From an uncultured Gammaproteobacteria bacterium (GTDB lineage: Bacteria > Pseudomonadota > Gammaproteobacteria > JACCXJ01): 64,000 bases of DNA. The position numbers and the translations under genes are program-made. The notes under the pieces are model-generated. The model ran no database searches, was not told the origin of the DNA, and saw nothing but the letters and a program-made list of their open reading frames with translations. Below, one piece after another: positions 21,676 to 32,242 of the stretch. Positions within the stretch are counted from its first letter, which is position 1. The number at the start of each line of letters is the position of its first letter. The stretch spans positions 356,341-420,340 of the forward strand of contig CAVXTM010000011.1 in assembly GCA_963764725.1 (NCBI GenBank). The letters run 5' to 3'.

Positions 21676-23358
21676 TTAAGTGCGCGTCACGCGAAGCGTC
21701 TTGGCGACTGAGGGCACACCGTTTTCATTTATCACAAACATCATCCAGTAACCAGGCATTGCCACGTTAGCGTTGTTGGGAGCGGTAACGGTCAGGTTCG
21801 TGCCATTTTGGATGAAGCTCAACTCCGTGAAAGACGTGGCAGCGTCGAACGAATGCGTCACCGATCCGTTTCGCACCAGTGTGACGCGCTCGATGGAGTC
21901 TACGTCTCCGACCTCGACGTAAAACGTATTACCCAGAACCACAGTGCCCGGTGCACTCACGATCGACGGACGGATGGCGGGCAAGCCACCCGGTTCCCAG
22001 AGATACGGTGGATAGAATACTTCCGCATTCAGGTTCTTCACCGGTCCGGGCGCACCCCCTCCCATCGTGAGTATGGTCGCGTCGGGCAGCAGCACCGCGG
22101 ACGAGTGATAAAGACGCGGTTTCTGGGCGGCGGCTCCGAGCGTCCACTTACCGGTGACCGGATCCCAGATCTCGGCCTTGTACGCTACGTTAGTCAGTGT
22201 ATTGGCAACTGCGGAACCGCCGGTGACCACGACGTTGCCGTCCGCTACAACCGTCGCGTTCGACCAGTAGCGTAGGCTGCTGACCGAAGCCGTAGCCTTG
22301 AAGGTCGGTGGTGTCTTGTTCAGGTCGACGATGATCGCTTTCTTGTTGATCCGCAGGGATAATATCTTGCCGGGCGCGAAGCTCACGATCGGTAAGCTAG
22401 CATACGAAATGGGCGCGAGGGTTTTGGTCGCTCGTTTTATCGATCCGGTTCCTGTCGGGTTCAAATAGAACATTTCGCCATGGTGCGCCAGTATGAAGAC
22501 CTGGCCGTTGGGAGCTGGAAACGCGCGCGGGTAATTCCAAGAATCATAGGAACTTCCGTACGCGAGTTGGTTCGTTGCCGTCGTTAGGCGCCGCCACCCC
22601 GCACCCGGCGTATACACCTCAGGGGTGGGTGCATAGGACAAGGGAATCGTCTCCTGTCGTCCGCCCAGAACCAGCAGCGCGCCGTTCGTCTGCGCAACGA
22701 GCGTAGGATACCAGCGCTTGTAAGCCATCGGTACGACCGAGCTCAGTTTGTTGGTGGTATAGTCGTAGATGTTTGTGTCAGCGGTACCAAAATGCACATT
22801 GCCGTTGACCGTCGTATCTCCGCCGGTGATCAAGAGTTGGCCGCTGTTCGGCAACAGCGCCTGGGCGGCGCATAAGGTGTCGGTGGGAGTGGTATTGGGC
22901 AGCAGCGTGTGCGCCGAGGCCGCAGTACCAAGTTCAGGGTCCCATAAGGCGTGCACGAGTGCCGCGCCCTGGGCACCGGTCGTACTAGTCCCGTAGCTGT
23001 GCACCTTACCGTCGGGTAGAAGCGCCGCGTGAATCGGGATGATGGGCCAGGTAAAGGGATCGCCGAACACGCCCTTGATGTGTGCATCGGGCGGCGGGGT
23101 CAGCGCCGCCGCATCGAACTCTCGAAAGCCTTCCGCAGCAGGTTGGATACCCGAGGTAGGCCCGATGCTCGTACGCGCCGACGGTCGGCCGCGACCAGGT
23201 CCCCACCCGAGATCCACTGGAGCGCTATCGTCTACGCCGAGTTTCGCCGCCCGATCTTCGGGCACCTCGCCAGGGTGTCGCTTGCCTAAGGCCTCGGCAT
23301 CGACAACACCCAGAGTACATAACATTATGAGATAAGAAACGAAATAAACGCGCTTCAT
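21676..23358 (-). CDS. Secreted galactose/glyoxal oxidase-like copper radical oxidase (kelch plus Ig-like domain), copy 1
   Basis: DTLCAA (Cys), KRWYPT (Tyr), RLYHS (Tyr-His), SVTHS (His), PGYWMMF. Confidence 0.88.
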   Translation of the reverse strand: MKRVYFVSYLIMLCTLGVVDAEALGKRHPGEVPEDRAAKLGVDDSAPVDLGWGPGRGRPSARTSIGPTSGIQPAAEGFREFDAAALTPPPDAHIKGVFGDPFTWPIIPIHAALLPDGKVHSYGTSTTGAQGAALVHALWDPELGTAASAHTLLPNTTPTDTLCAAQALLPNSGQLLITGGDTTVNGNVHFGTADTNIYDYTTNKLSSVVPMAYKRWYPTLVAQTNGALLVLGGRQETIPLSYAPTPEVYTPGAGWRRLTTATNQLAYGSSYDSWNYPRAFPAPNGQVFILAHHGEMFYLNPTGTGSIKRATKTLAPISYASLPIVSFAPGKILSLRINKKAIIVDLNKTPPTFKATASVSSLRYWSNATVVADGNVVVTGGSAVANTLTNVAYKAEIWDPVTGKWTLGAAAQKPRLYHSSAVLLPDATILTMGGGAPGPVKNLNAEVFYPPYLWEPGGLPAIRPSIVSAPGTVVLGNTFYVEVGDVDSIERVTLVRNGSVTHSFDAATSFTELSFIQNGTNLTVTAPNNANVAMPGYWMMFVINENGVPSVAKTLRVTRT

Positions 23359-23699
23359 GTGACCCCTCCTTACCATGGACTTTCCATGGACAAATAACGC
23401 AGTGTGCAATTCTAAGAATCTATCTTAGGCTCAACGCTCCAGTCCTTTCATCGCTTCGAAAAAAAAGCGGGGAAGTGCTTACCAGCACAGTGTTAACCAA
23501 AAACCAGTCGCAGTCATAAAGGATGCGTATTTTTTTTGTAAAATATCCGTAAAATGAGCTAAACGTTAATACGTTGGTCAAATCTGTAAACCGCGTTTGT
23601 GAAGATTGTCTAGGGCATATTAAATGCTAATTAAATAGGCAGTGGCTGCGAAGGAGCGGCACTGAGGAGCTTCATAGGGTAAACTGGAGGGAAAATACC

Positions 23700-25340
23700 A
23701 TGGAGACCGTTTGTTTTGGGTCCTTTTGTTTGGATCCCGTGCGCGGAAGCCTGTTGAGAGATGGGCAACCGATCTTAATGACGCCCAAGGCCTTCATGGT
23801 TTTGCACTATCTGCTTCGGCACCCGGAGAAACTGGTCACGAAGGACGAGCTGCTTCAGGCCGTATGGCCCAGGGTCTGCGTCGGTGACGGTGTGCTCAAG
23901 GTATGTATCGGCGCGATCCGCCGCGCGCTTGGAGACCCAAGCCAGCAGCCCCGCTTTATCGAAACCGTCCATAGCCGCGGCTATCGCTTCATCGGCAACA
24001 TCACCCGTCTGCCGCATTCAACCACCGGTGCTCAGGCAACGTTAAGCAACGGACGAGTTCGGCTGGCACACTTTGGCAATCTGTCGCCTGCCGGTAACAT
24101 GGGCCTTCAGGATTACTCCGCCGCGTCCGCCTGGGGACGTGAGAAAGAATTAGAACGACTCGATTCCTGTCTCGCGCGCGCGGCTCAGGGCGTGCCGCAA
24201 GTTGTTTTGATCAAAGGGGAAGCCGGTATCGGGAAAACTACCCTGATTGAATCCTTTCTAAAGCGTGCGACGGCAACCGAAACGGTATTCGTTGCTCAAG
24301 GCCGTAGCTTCGAGCACTGCATCGATGCTGAAACGTATTTTTCAGTGATCGAAGCCCTTCATGGCTTATGCCGTGGTCCGATGGGCGACCGTGCGCAAGA
24401 GCTGCTGAGTCAATGGGCGCCGACCTGGGCCATGCAATTGCCGATGGTCGTCGATTCCTATAAGCACGTACCTAGCGAGTTAAACGGCACCGTCCGGCAG
24501 CGGATGCCACGGGAGTTTGCCGCGTATGTCGAGGCGCTAACGGCGGGGCAACCGCTGGTCTTGGTACTCGAGGACTTACACTGGAGTGATTATGCAACGG
24601 TCGATCTCATCAGTTATCTCACACATCGGCGGAGTTCGGCGCCCTTCATAATGATCGGCAGCTATCGCTCCTACGAACTATTAAAGAAAACTCATCCTTT
24701 GAAGGCGTTGCTGCGAGAGCTTAAGGCTAGACAGGCCTGCGACGAGCTTTCACTCGGCGGTCTGGATGGATCCGTTGCGCAGAAATTTGTATCCAGCCAT
24801 TTACCCGATAGTCCGGCTAGCGTCAAGTTGTCCCGGATCCTGCACGAAAGGACCGAAGGTAATCCGCTATTCATGATACAAATGCTGGACCACTGGAAGC
24901 AGAAAGGCCTGTTCAATGTATTTGACGAAGAAAGGGATTTCGACAAATTATTGCGCGACGTGCGGATAGGCGTACCCGAGAGTATTCGGGCGCTGGTAGA
25001 CGAACAAACGGAGTTACTCTCAGACTACGATCGCGGTGTCTTAGAGGCCGCCAGCATTATAGGGTTTGAATTTTCCGCCTCGGCGGTGGCCGCCCTGCTG
25101 AATGAAAATATTGTGGCAGTGGAGAATCGCTGTAATCACCTTGCTCAGCGCGAGCTACTCCTATGTCCGGCTTCCAGCTCGCAGTGGCCCGACAGGCGAA
25201 CAGCATCGCGTTACTCCTTCATACATTGGATATACCAGCAGGTGCTATTCCTGCACATACCTACTGCGCGACGCTCGCAGCTCTACGAACGCATCAATCT
25301 TATAGCCGTAAAGCCGCGCCAAAATGTTCGTGTTTCGTAG
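23700..25340 (+). CDS. Winged-helix (CadC/OmpR-type) plus AAA/STAND-like ATPase regulator, apparently lacking C-terminal TPRs
   Basis: LVTKDELLQAVWP..RFIETVHSRGYRFI, GEAGIGKT, LVLEDLHWSD, TEGNPLF. Confidence 0.85.
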   Translation: METVCFGSFCLDPVRGSLLRDGQPILMTPKAFMVLHYLLRHPEKLVTKDELLQAVWPRVCVGDGVLKVCIGAIRRALGDPSQQPRFIETVHSRGYRFIGNITRLPHSTTGAQATLSNGRVRLAHFGNLSPAGNMGLQDYSAASAWGREKELERLDSCLARAAQGVPQVVLIKGEAGIGKTTLIESFLKRATATETVFVAQGRSFEHCIDAETYFSVIEALHGLCRGPMGDRAQELLSQWAPTWAMQLPMVVDSYKHVPSELNGTVRQRMPREFAAYVEALTAGQPLVLVLEDLHWSDYATVDLISYLTHRRSSAPFIMIGSYRSYELLKKTHPLKALLRELKARQACDELSLGGLDGSVAQKFVSSHLPDSPASVKLSRILHERTEGNPLFMIQMLDHWKQKGLFNVFDEERDFDKLLRDVRIGVPESIRALVDEQTELLSDYDRGVLEAASIIGFEFSASAVAALLNENIVAVENRCNHLAQRELLLCPASSSQWPDRRTASRYSFIHWIYQQVLFLHIPTARRSQLYERINLIAVKPRQNVRVS

Positions 25341-25507
25341 TCCTAGGGAGAGACCGACCGAGGGATGCGAGGTAAAATCGGTTTCTTCTCGGTAGCGTCA
25401 ACTTTGGGCGGTCGTACCGCAGTGGGGCAGTGGGCAATATCGATATCGAACACCCGCTGAGCAGCTGGGCCCAGCGGATGCCCGAGACCTGGTGGGTGAT
25501 GCTGGGA

Positions 25508-25748
25508 GTACCCGATTCCCCAACTTCAGGTTCATGGCTAACTACGTGAAGGTCCTGGACCTCAAGGGCGGCGATTTCGACGGGGCCGAGCCCGATGCCT
25601 TCATGCTCCGCGCCCAGGCCTACTGGTAGGCCGTTGCCTCGACCGGCAAACCGCTCCCCCCGAACCTTGGCCCCACCCTCACGGGCGGGGCGTTTTTGGG
25701 AGGTGTTCCGCAGGCTCCGTAGCTTACCTGGGAGCGAGGAATCGGGCC
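25508..25748 (+). repeat. Duplicate of the porin 3' end plus terminator (start of a ~4.07-kb tandem unit)
   Basis: Near-identical to 21436-21675 (offset 4072). Confidence 0.92.
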
Positions 25749-27475
25749 TTAAGTGCGCGTCACGCGAAGCGTCTTGGCGACTGAGGGCACACCGTTTTGA
25801 TTTATCACAAACATCATCCAGTAACCAGGCGTTGCCACGTTCGCGTTCTGGGGAGCGGTAACGGTCAGGGTCCCGCCACTTTGGGTGAAGCTCAACTCCG
25901 TGAAGGACGTGGCAGGGTCGAACGAATGCGTCACCGATCCGTGTCGCACCCATGTGACGCGCTCGATGGAGTCTTCATCTCCGACCCTCACGGAAAATGT
26001 CTCATTCAGAGCCACGGCCGCGGGCGAGCTCACAATCGACGGACGGTCCGCTAGCCCCGAGCCATCCGCTTTCCAGAGGTACGGCGGATAGAATATCTCA
26101 CCGTTCAAGTTCTTTACCGGTCCGGGCGCACCCCCTCCGGCCGTGAGTACGCTCGCATCGGGCAGCAGCAGTGCAATCGAGTGATAAAGACGCGGCTTCT
26201 GGGCGGCGGCTCCAAGCGTCCACTTACCGGTAGCCGGATCCCAGATTTCGGCGTTGTACGCTACGTTAGTCAGCTTATTGCCAACTCCGGAACCGCCGCT
26301 GACCATGACCTTGCCGTTTGCTAAGATCGTTAAGTTCGACCAGTAGCGTATCCTGCTGACCGGAGCCGTATTCTTGAAGGTCGGTGGTGTCTTGGTCAGG
26401 TCGACGATGACCACTCTCTTGTTGATCCGCAGGGAAATAATCTTGCCGGGCGCGAAGCTCACGATCGGTAAACTAAGAGACGAGTCGGGCGCGAGGGTGT
26501 TGGTCGGTCGTATGATCGATCCGGTTCCTGTCGGGTCTAAATAGAACATTTCGCCATGATGCGCGAGTATGAAAACCTTACCATTGGGAGCTGGGAATGC
26601 ACGCGGATAATACCAAGAAGTGTTGGTTCCTCCGTACGCGAGATTGCTCGTTGCGGTACTCAAAGTTTTCCAGCCCGTAGCCGGGGTATATAACTCGGGG
26701 ATAGGCGAGAAGGTTGCGGGGGCCCTCGCATCTCGTCCGCCGAGGACCAGCATGTCACCGTTTGCCAGTGCAAGGAGCGTAGGATACCAGCGCTTGTGAG
26801 CCATCGGCTGGCGGGACGCCAGCCCGGTCCCAGAGTCGTAAACATTCGTGTCCCAATTCGCCCAATTCCGTTGGCCATTGACGATCGCATCCCCGCCGGT
26901 GATCATCAATTGGCCGCTGTTCGGTAACAGGGCCTGCGCGGCGCAGAAGGTGTCGGTTCCAGTGCTGTGGGGTAACAGCTTGTGCGTTCCGGTAGCAAAT
27001 ACTGCATCCGGACCAAGTTCAGGTTCCCAAACCGCGTGCAACAATTTCGCGCCCTGGTTCCCCGCCTGTCGTCAGTCCCGTAATAATAAATATTACCGTT
27101 CGGGAGAAGTGCCGCGTGAATTGGAATGAGGCGCATTGAAAAGGGATCGCCGAACACGCCCTTGATGTGTGCATCGGGCGGCGGGATCAGCGCCGCCGCA
27201 TCGAACTCTTTAAAGCCGCTGCTCTTACCCGCCGACGGTCCGCGGCGAGGTCCCGACCCGAGGTCCACTGGAGTGCTAGCGTCGTCTACTCCGACGTCCG
27301 CCGCCCGATCTTCGGGCACCTCGCTAAGGTTTCGGTTGCCTACGGCCTCGGCATCGACAACAGCCAGAGTGCATGACATTATAAGATAAGAAACGAAATA
27401 AACGTGCTTTCGCGGATGCGCTACGCTGGTCGCGGCCGTGCATTCGAGGCGTTCGACGAGCGTAAATTTCAACAT
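25749..27475 (-). CDS. Copper radical oxidase copy 2, frameshift near 27070
   Basis: Paralog of 21676-23358 with the same catalytic motifs (DTFCAA, RWYPT, RLYHS, THS), split over ORFs 26906-27475 and 25749-27044. Confidence 0.82.
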
Positions 27476-27844
27476 GGCGATGCGCCTAAAATGGAAAAAA
27501 CGTCCCCTCTCGCTAGGGGCCTTTTGACTGAGTCGCTAGTCCGCAGCGCCGAGGTCAACTCGCAAGCCCAGTAGGCACGTGCGCGGCTGGGCAGACTTGT
27601 CTCTCCGGCGTTGGCGCCGCCTCCTCCGGCGGGCACACGCTTGCGCCTAAATAGTATTGGCATTAATCCACGCACAGTCATAAGGTTTCAGTTAATTTTG
27701 AGTAAAATTATGGTAAAGGCGGGCACAGAAAATGCCGTTTAGAGGTTAGGGCAGAGCACCGCACCTAACTTAACTAGGGACGGGCATAGGAGCCTCCGAG
27801 AATTGATTCTCAGGAGGAGAAATACGAAAAGACGGAGCAGAAAG

Positions 27845-27937
27845 GAGAGTTTTTGTTTCGGGCCGTTCTGTCTCGACCGCGTGAGCGGGCGGTTGATGCG
27901 CGGTGGACAGGCGATTCCAATTACCCCGAAGGCCTTC
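27845..27937 (+). pseudogene. Truncated second copy of the wHTH regulator
   Basis: ESFCFGPFCLDRVSGRLMRGGQAIPITPKAF versus METVCFGSFCLDPVRGSLLRDGQPILMTPKAF; ends just before the third terminator copy (27950-27985). Confidence 0.85.
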
Positions 27938-28289
27938 GCGGGTGCTGCACCACCCTCACGGGCGGGGCGTTTTCTACGGGTGTTCGTACCCCGCCGGTGG
28001 ATATCCGCGGGACACTACGCCAGTACCTCGCCTACTGTGCGAGCTGAACATATCGCCAGCATCGTTCCAACGCGTAACGAGATACGCAACATCCCGGCGT
28101 TCCTTGGATCGACACCTTCGCACTGGCGGTCTTTGCCTCCGACCACCGGCGGCTGAAGCAAGGCGCTCTGCGCAAGACAGTGCGCTCGATTGCGCGCTGT
28201 TTCTTGCTGTACTTTGGGCTGCTGCCGCGCCGGTGGCGTTGATTGCTCGCCGCCTGGGACAGCGGCTTGCTACCTTTGCACATCCAACC

Positions 28290-28480
28290 CTCAGATTTCC
28301 CCTCATTTTATGATATAAGTTTATTCTGTTACCCATTGATTTTGTAGCTTAGCGAGATCATGCTGTGCCGAGGTGTAAAGAGTGGAGGCGAGGTATGGCG
28401 AAGCGCTTGGGTTTTCGGTTTGAAGATATTCATGGATTTTTGAGACTCGCTGTTTGGGAAGCTGACCAAGCATGCTCACA
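28290..28480 (+). mobile_element. Possible IS4-family left-end remnant
   Basis: CTCAGATTTCCCCTC resembles IS10-group ends; RBS plus MAKRLGFRFEDIHGFL resembles an IS4 transposase start (from recall). Confidence 0.4.
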
Positions 28481-28537
28481 AACAAACTGACCTGGCCCCT
28501 TTAATCAGAAGCGCGCCTTTCGCCAACGGCCCACCCC

Positions 28538-29572
28538 ATGACACCGCGTGTCTTCATCAGCTACCGCACGAGCGACGGCGCCGACAAAGCCACGGCGCTG
28601 GCGCGCGAGCTCGATGCGCTGTTTGGCGACGCGCAGGTCTTTCTCGACAAGGACGACCTCCCCGCCGGCTCGCGGTGGCGCGACGTGATCGCGCACACGC
28701 TCGGGGCGCGGCCGGTGCTGCTCGTGCTGGTGACGCCGCAGTACCTGGACGCGCTCGACGCGCAGGGCCGGCGCCGCATCGAGGTGCCCGACGACCCGGT
28801 GCGCAACGAGCTCGCGGCGGCGCTCGCGGCGGACGCTCAAATCATTCCCGTGCTGTGCGACGGGGTGGCGCAGACGCCCGATGCCGACGCGCTGCCGCCG
28901 CCGCTGGACCAGTTGGCCGAACGCACCTGGCGCCGCTTGCGCACCTACGACTGGAAGCAGGACGTCGCGCGGCTAGCGGCCGACCTGCGCGCGTTCGGCA
29001 TTGAACCGCGGACCGATGCGACCGCCACGCGGCCAGCCGGGGACGCACCACCGGCGCCGCGGCGGCGCACCGTCTTGTTAGGCCTCGGCGGCCTGGCGCT
29101 GCTGGCCGCGGCGGGGGCTGGCTGGTGGTGGTGGCAGGGGCAGCGCAACGCCACCCGACTGTCCGGCACCTGGACCGCGATGATCGCGCCGCGCGGTGCG
29201 CTCACGGTCAGGAACGCCGAGCGCCTGCAGTTCAGGATCGAGCACGACGGCGATCGGCTCCACCTGACCAGCGTGCCGGTGGAGATCGATCGCGACCCCG
29301 CGTGGGCGGCGTATCGAAAGTTCTGGCGCGAGCGCACCGGCCAGGACTTGCGCCGCGTGGTCTACCGCGGCGAGGGCACCGTGCGCTTGGATCCCGGCGC
29401 GCCGGGATCCATCGACGTGGCGGTGCGCATCGAAACCCAGAGAGGCGAGGGCCCGATCGACGGTGGCAACCTGCAGGCGACGGTCGGAGAAGCGGGCCGG
29501 CGCATGACCGGCCGGCTCTGGCTGAACAGCGAGCAGGCCGAGCGCGTGGTCGAACTGCGGCGCGCGCGTTGA
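28538..29572 (+). CDS. TIR-domain protein with single TM helix and uncharacterised C-terminal domain
   Basis: VFISYRTSD, VFLDKDDLPAG, DPVRNEL, IIPVL; TM LLGLGGLALLAAAGAGWWWW. Confidence 0.85.
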   Translation: MTPRVFISYRTSDGADKATALARELDALFGDAQVFLDKDDLPAGSRWRDVIAHTLGARPVLLVLVTPQYLDALDAQGRRRIEVPDDPVRNELAAALAADAQIIPVLCDGVAQTPDADALPPPLDQLAERTWRRLRTYDWKQDVARLAADLRAFGIEPRTDATATRPAGDAPPAPRRRTVLLGLGGLALLAAAGAGWWWWQGQRNATRLSGTWTAMIAPRGALTVRNAERLQFRIEHDGDRLHLTSVPVEIDRDPAWAAYRKFWRERTGQDLRRVVYRGEGTVRLDPGAPGSIDVAVRIETQRGEGPIDGGNLQATVGEAGRRMTGRLWLNSEQAERVVELRRAR

Positions 29573-29813
29573 GCTTCAACGCCCCCCGCTCACATCGAGG
29601 ATCGCGGCGATCTCGCCACGGCACCGGGGCGCTGGCCGACAAACTCGCTCGCATCGCCCTGCATCCCAAGCATCACGGAAGAAAACATCCGGCGGGAGAC
29701 GGAGCCAACCCTAACCACGACGCCGGAACGGCAGGCCCGCGTTGCAGTCCAATTACACGAACGATGTGCAGTTCCATGCTAACATTGACTTTGTCCGAGC
29801 AAGAGGAGCGGTC

Positions 29814-30957
29814 ATGAGTTTCGACCCGGAGACTTGGCGAGCGTCGGTACGGGCGTTTGCCGAGGCCGAGATCGCGCCGCGGGCGGCGGCCATCGATCAC
29901 GCCAACGACTTCCCCGCCGATCTCTGGCCTAAGCTCGGCGAGGCCGGTCTGCTCGGGATCACCGCGGGGCCGCACCGGCGGGGGCTCGGCTACCACGCCC
30001 ATGTCATCGCCATGGAGGAGATCTCGCGCGCCTCGCCTTCCGTCGGACTTTCCTATGCGGCCCATTCCAATCTCTGTGTGGATAACCTCGGCCGCCACGG
30101 CTCGGAGGTGCAGCGCTCACGCTACCTGCCCAAGCTATGCACCGGTGAGTGGGTGGGTGCGCTGGCCATGTCCGAACCGGGCGCGGGTTCCGATATCGTC
30201 GGCGCCATGAGCTGCCGCGCCGAGCTTACGAACGGCGCTTGGATCGCGAACGGCGTCAAGAAATGGATCACCAACGGTCCCGAGGCCAATGTGCTGATCG
30301 TCTATATGCGCACCGCCCCGCCTGAAGCGGGATCGCGTTCCATAAGCGCCTTTATCGTCGAAGACGGCATGCGAGGTTTCCGCAAGGGCGAAGCGCACCG
30401 ACAAGCTCGGCATGCGTGGTTCGAATACCTGCGAGTTAGTGTTCGAGAACTGCGCCGTCCCCGCGGCAAACGTGCTCGGTGAAGTCAACGGTGGGGTGCG
30501 TATGCTCATGCAGGGTCTGGACTCGGAGCGGCTGGTCCTCGCGGGCGGACCGCTCGGGATCATGCAGGCGGCCATCGACACCGTCCTCCCCTATCTGCGC
30601 GAGCGCCATCAATTCGGTCGGCCCATCGGTAGCTTCGAGCTGATGCAGGCTAAGCTCGCGGATATGTATACGCGATTGCAAGCGGCGCGGGCGTATGTTT
30701 ACCGTGTCGCCGAGCAGTTTGACCGCGGCCTGCGATCGCGCAAGGAGGCCGCGGCGTGCTTGCTCTTTGCCTCGGAGGCCGCCGTCAACGTCGCCTTGGA
30801 ATCCATACAGAGCCTGGGCGCGCGCGGCTACATGAACGACGCACCGGTCGGCCGGCTGTTGCGCGACGCCAAGCTCTACGACATCGGCGGCGGGACCAAC
30901 GAGATCCGGCGCATGCTCATCGGTCGGGAACTGTTCGAGGAGACACCCGATCGATGA
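29814..30957 (+). CDS. ivd: Isovaleryl-CoA dehydrogenase (extra G near 30387)
   Basis: [50 protein letters not shown]; removing one G gives [14 protein letters not shown]. Confidence 0.88.
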
Positions 30958-32159
30958 AGAGCAGCGTCATTGTTGGCGCCAAGCGTACGCCGATCGGCGC
31001 CTACCGTGGCCAATTGGCGGCGCTCGCGGCGCCGGATCTCGGCGCCGTGGCCATCCGCGCGCTGTTGGAGGACTGCCGCCTCGACCCCGCGCTTATCGAT
31101 GAGGTTTTCATGGGCTGTGTGTTGCCCGCCGGAATCGGCCAGGCGCCCGCGCGGCAGGCGGCGCTCGCGGCCGGGGTGCCGCTCGCGGCCGGGTGCACGA
31201 CGGTGAATAAGGTCTGCGGCTCGGGCATGAAGGCGGTGATGCTCGGTTGCGATGCCATCGCCGCGGGCAGCGTCGCCATCGTCGTCGCGGGCGGCATGGA
31301 ATCGATGAGCAACGCTCCTTATCTCGTGCGCCGCTCGATGTTAGGGCAGCGGCCCGGCCACCAAGCGCTTCTCGATCATATGTTTTACGACGGCCTTGAA
31401 AACCCCGCGGATCGGCAGCTCATGGGCTATTTCGCCGAACAATGCGTGGACCACTACGGCTTCACGCGCGAGGCGCAAGATGCCTTCGCGGCGGAGTCGG
31501 TGCGGCGGGCGTTGACGGCCATCGAAAGCGGCGCCTTCCGTGCCGAGATCGCGCCGGTGACTTGCGGCGGCCAAAAGATCGATGAAGATGAAACACCACA
31601 CAAATGCGATCCGGTCAAGATCCCTAAGCTCAAACCGGCCTTTCGACCCGAGACGGGAACGGTCACGGCCGCCAATTCTTCGTCGATTTCCGATGGCGCC
31701 GCGGCGCTCTTGCTGGTCGCCGAGAGTGAGGCGAAGCGGCTCGAGCTCACGCCGCTCGCGCGCGTCGTCGCATACGCCTCCCACGCGCAAGCCCCCGAGG
31801 CATTCACCACCGCACCCATCGCCGCTATCCGCAAGCTGTACCAAAAAGTCGGCTGGCAAGACGGCGATGTCGACCTCTACGAGATTAACGAGGCGTTCGC
31901 CGCCGTGACCATGGCGGCGGAACAGGCGCTCGATCTCGAACACGCCAAGGTCAACGTCCATGGCGGCGCTTGCGCCCTGGGGCATCCCATCGGCGCGAGC
32001 GGCGCACGCATCATCGTTACGCTCGCGCATGCGCTGAAACGGCATGGGTTACGCCGCGGGATCGCCGCGCTTTGCATCGGCGGCGGGGAAGCCACGGCGA
32101 TCGCATTGGAGCTAATCAATTTTACTTCGCGGGCAGGGTATGAACCCCGCCTTGACTAA
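30954..32159 (+). CDS. Acetyl-CoA C-acyltransferase (thiolase)
   Basis: [34 protein letters not shown]. Confidence 0.94.
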   Translation: MKSSVIVGAKRTPIGAYRGQLAALAAPDLGAVAIRALLEDCRLDPALIDEVFMGCVLPAGIGQAPARQAALAAGVPLAAGCTTVNKVCGSGMKAVMLGCDAIAAGSVAIVVAGGMESMSNAPYLVRRSMLGQRPGHQALLDHMFYDGLENPADRQLMGYFAEQCVDHYGFTREAQDAFAAESVRRALTAIESGAFRAEIAPVTCGGQKIDEDETPHKCDPVKIPKLKPAFRPETGTVTAANSSSISDGAAALLLVAESEAKRLELTPLARVVAYASHAQAPEAFTTAPIAAIRKLYQKVGWQDGDVDLYEINEAFAAVTMAAEQALDLEHAKVNVHGGACALGHPIGASGARIIVTLAHALKRHGLRRGIAALCIGGGEATAIALELINFTSRAGYEPRLD

Positions 32160-32237
32160 AGGGGAGAGTTGCACTACTCCCCTTTGGAAACCCCAATGCT
32201 TAGAGTGCCCGCCGTAAACGGCGGGTATGGGATATTC
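32114..32237 (+). repeat. ~115-bp multi-hairpin repeat, copy 3 (overlaps the thiolase 3' end)
   Basis: Homologous to copies 1 and 2; shares aatcaattttacttcgcgggc with copy 2. Confidence 0.9.
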
Positions 32238-32242
32238 AGAGT

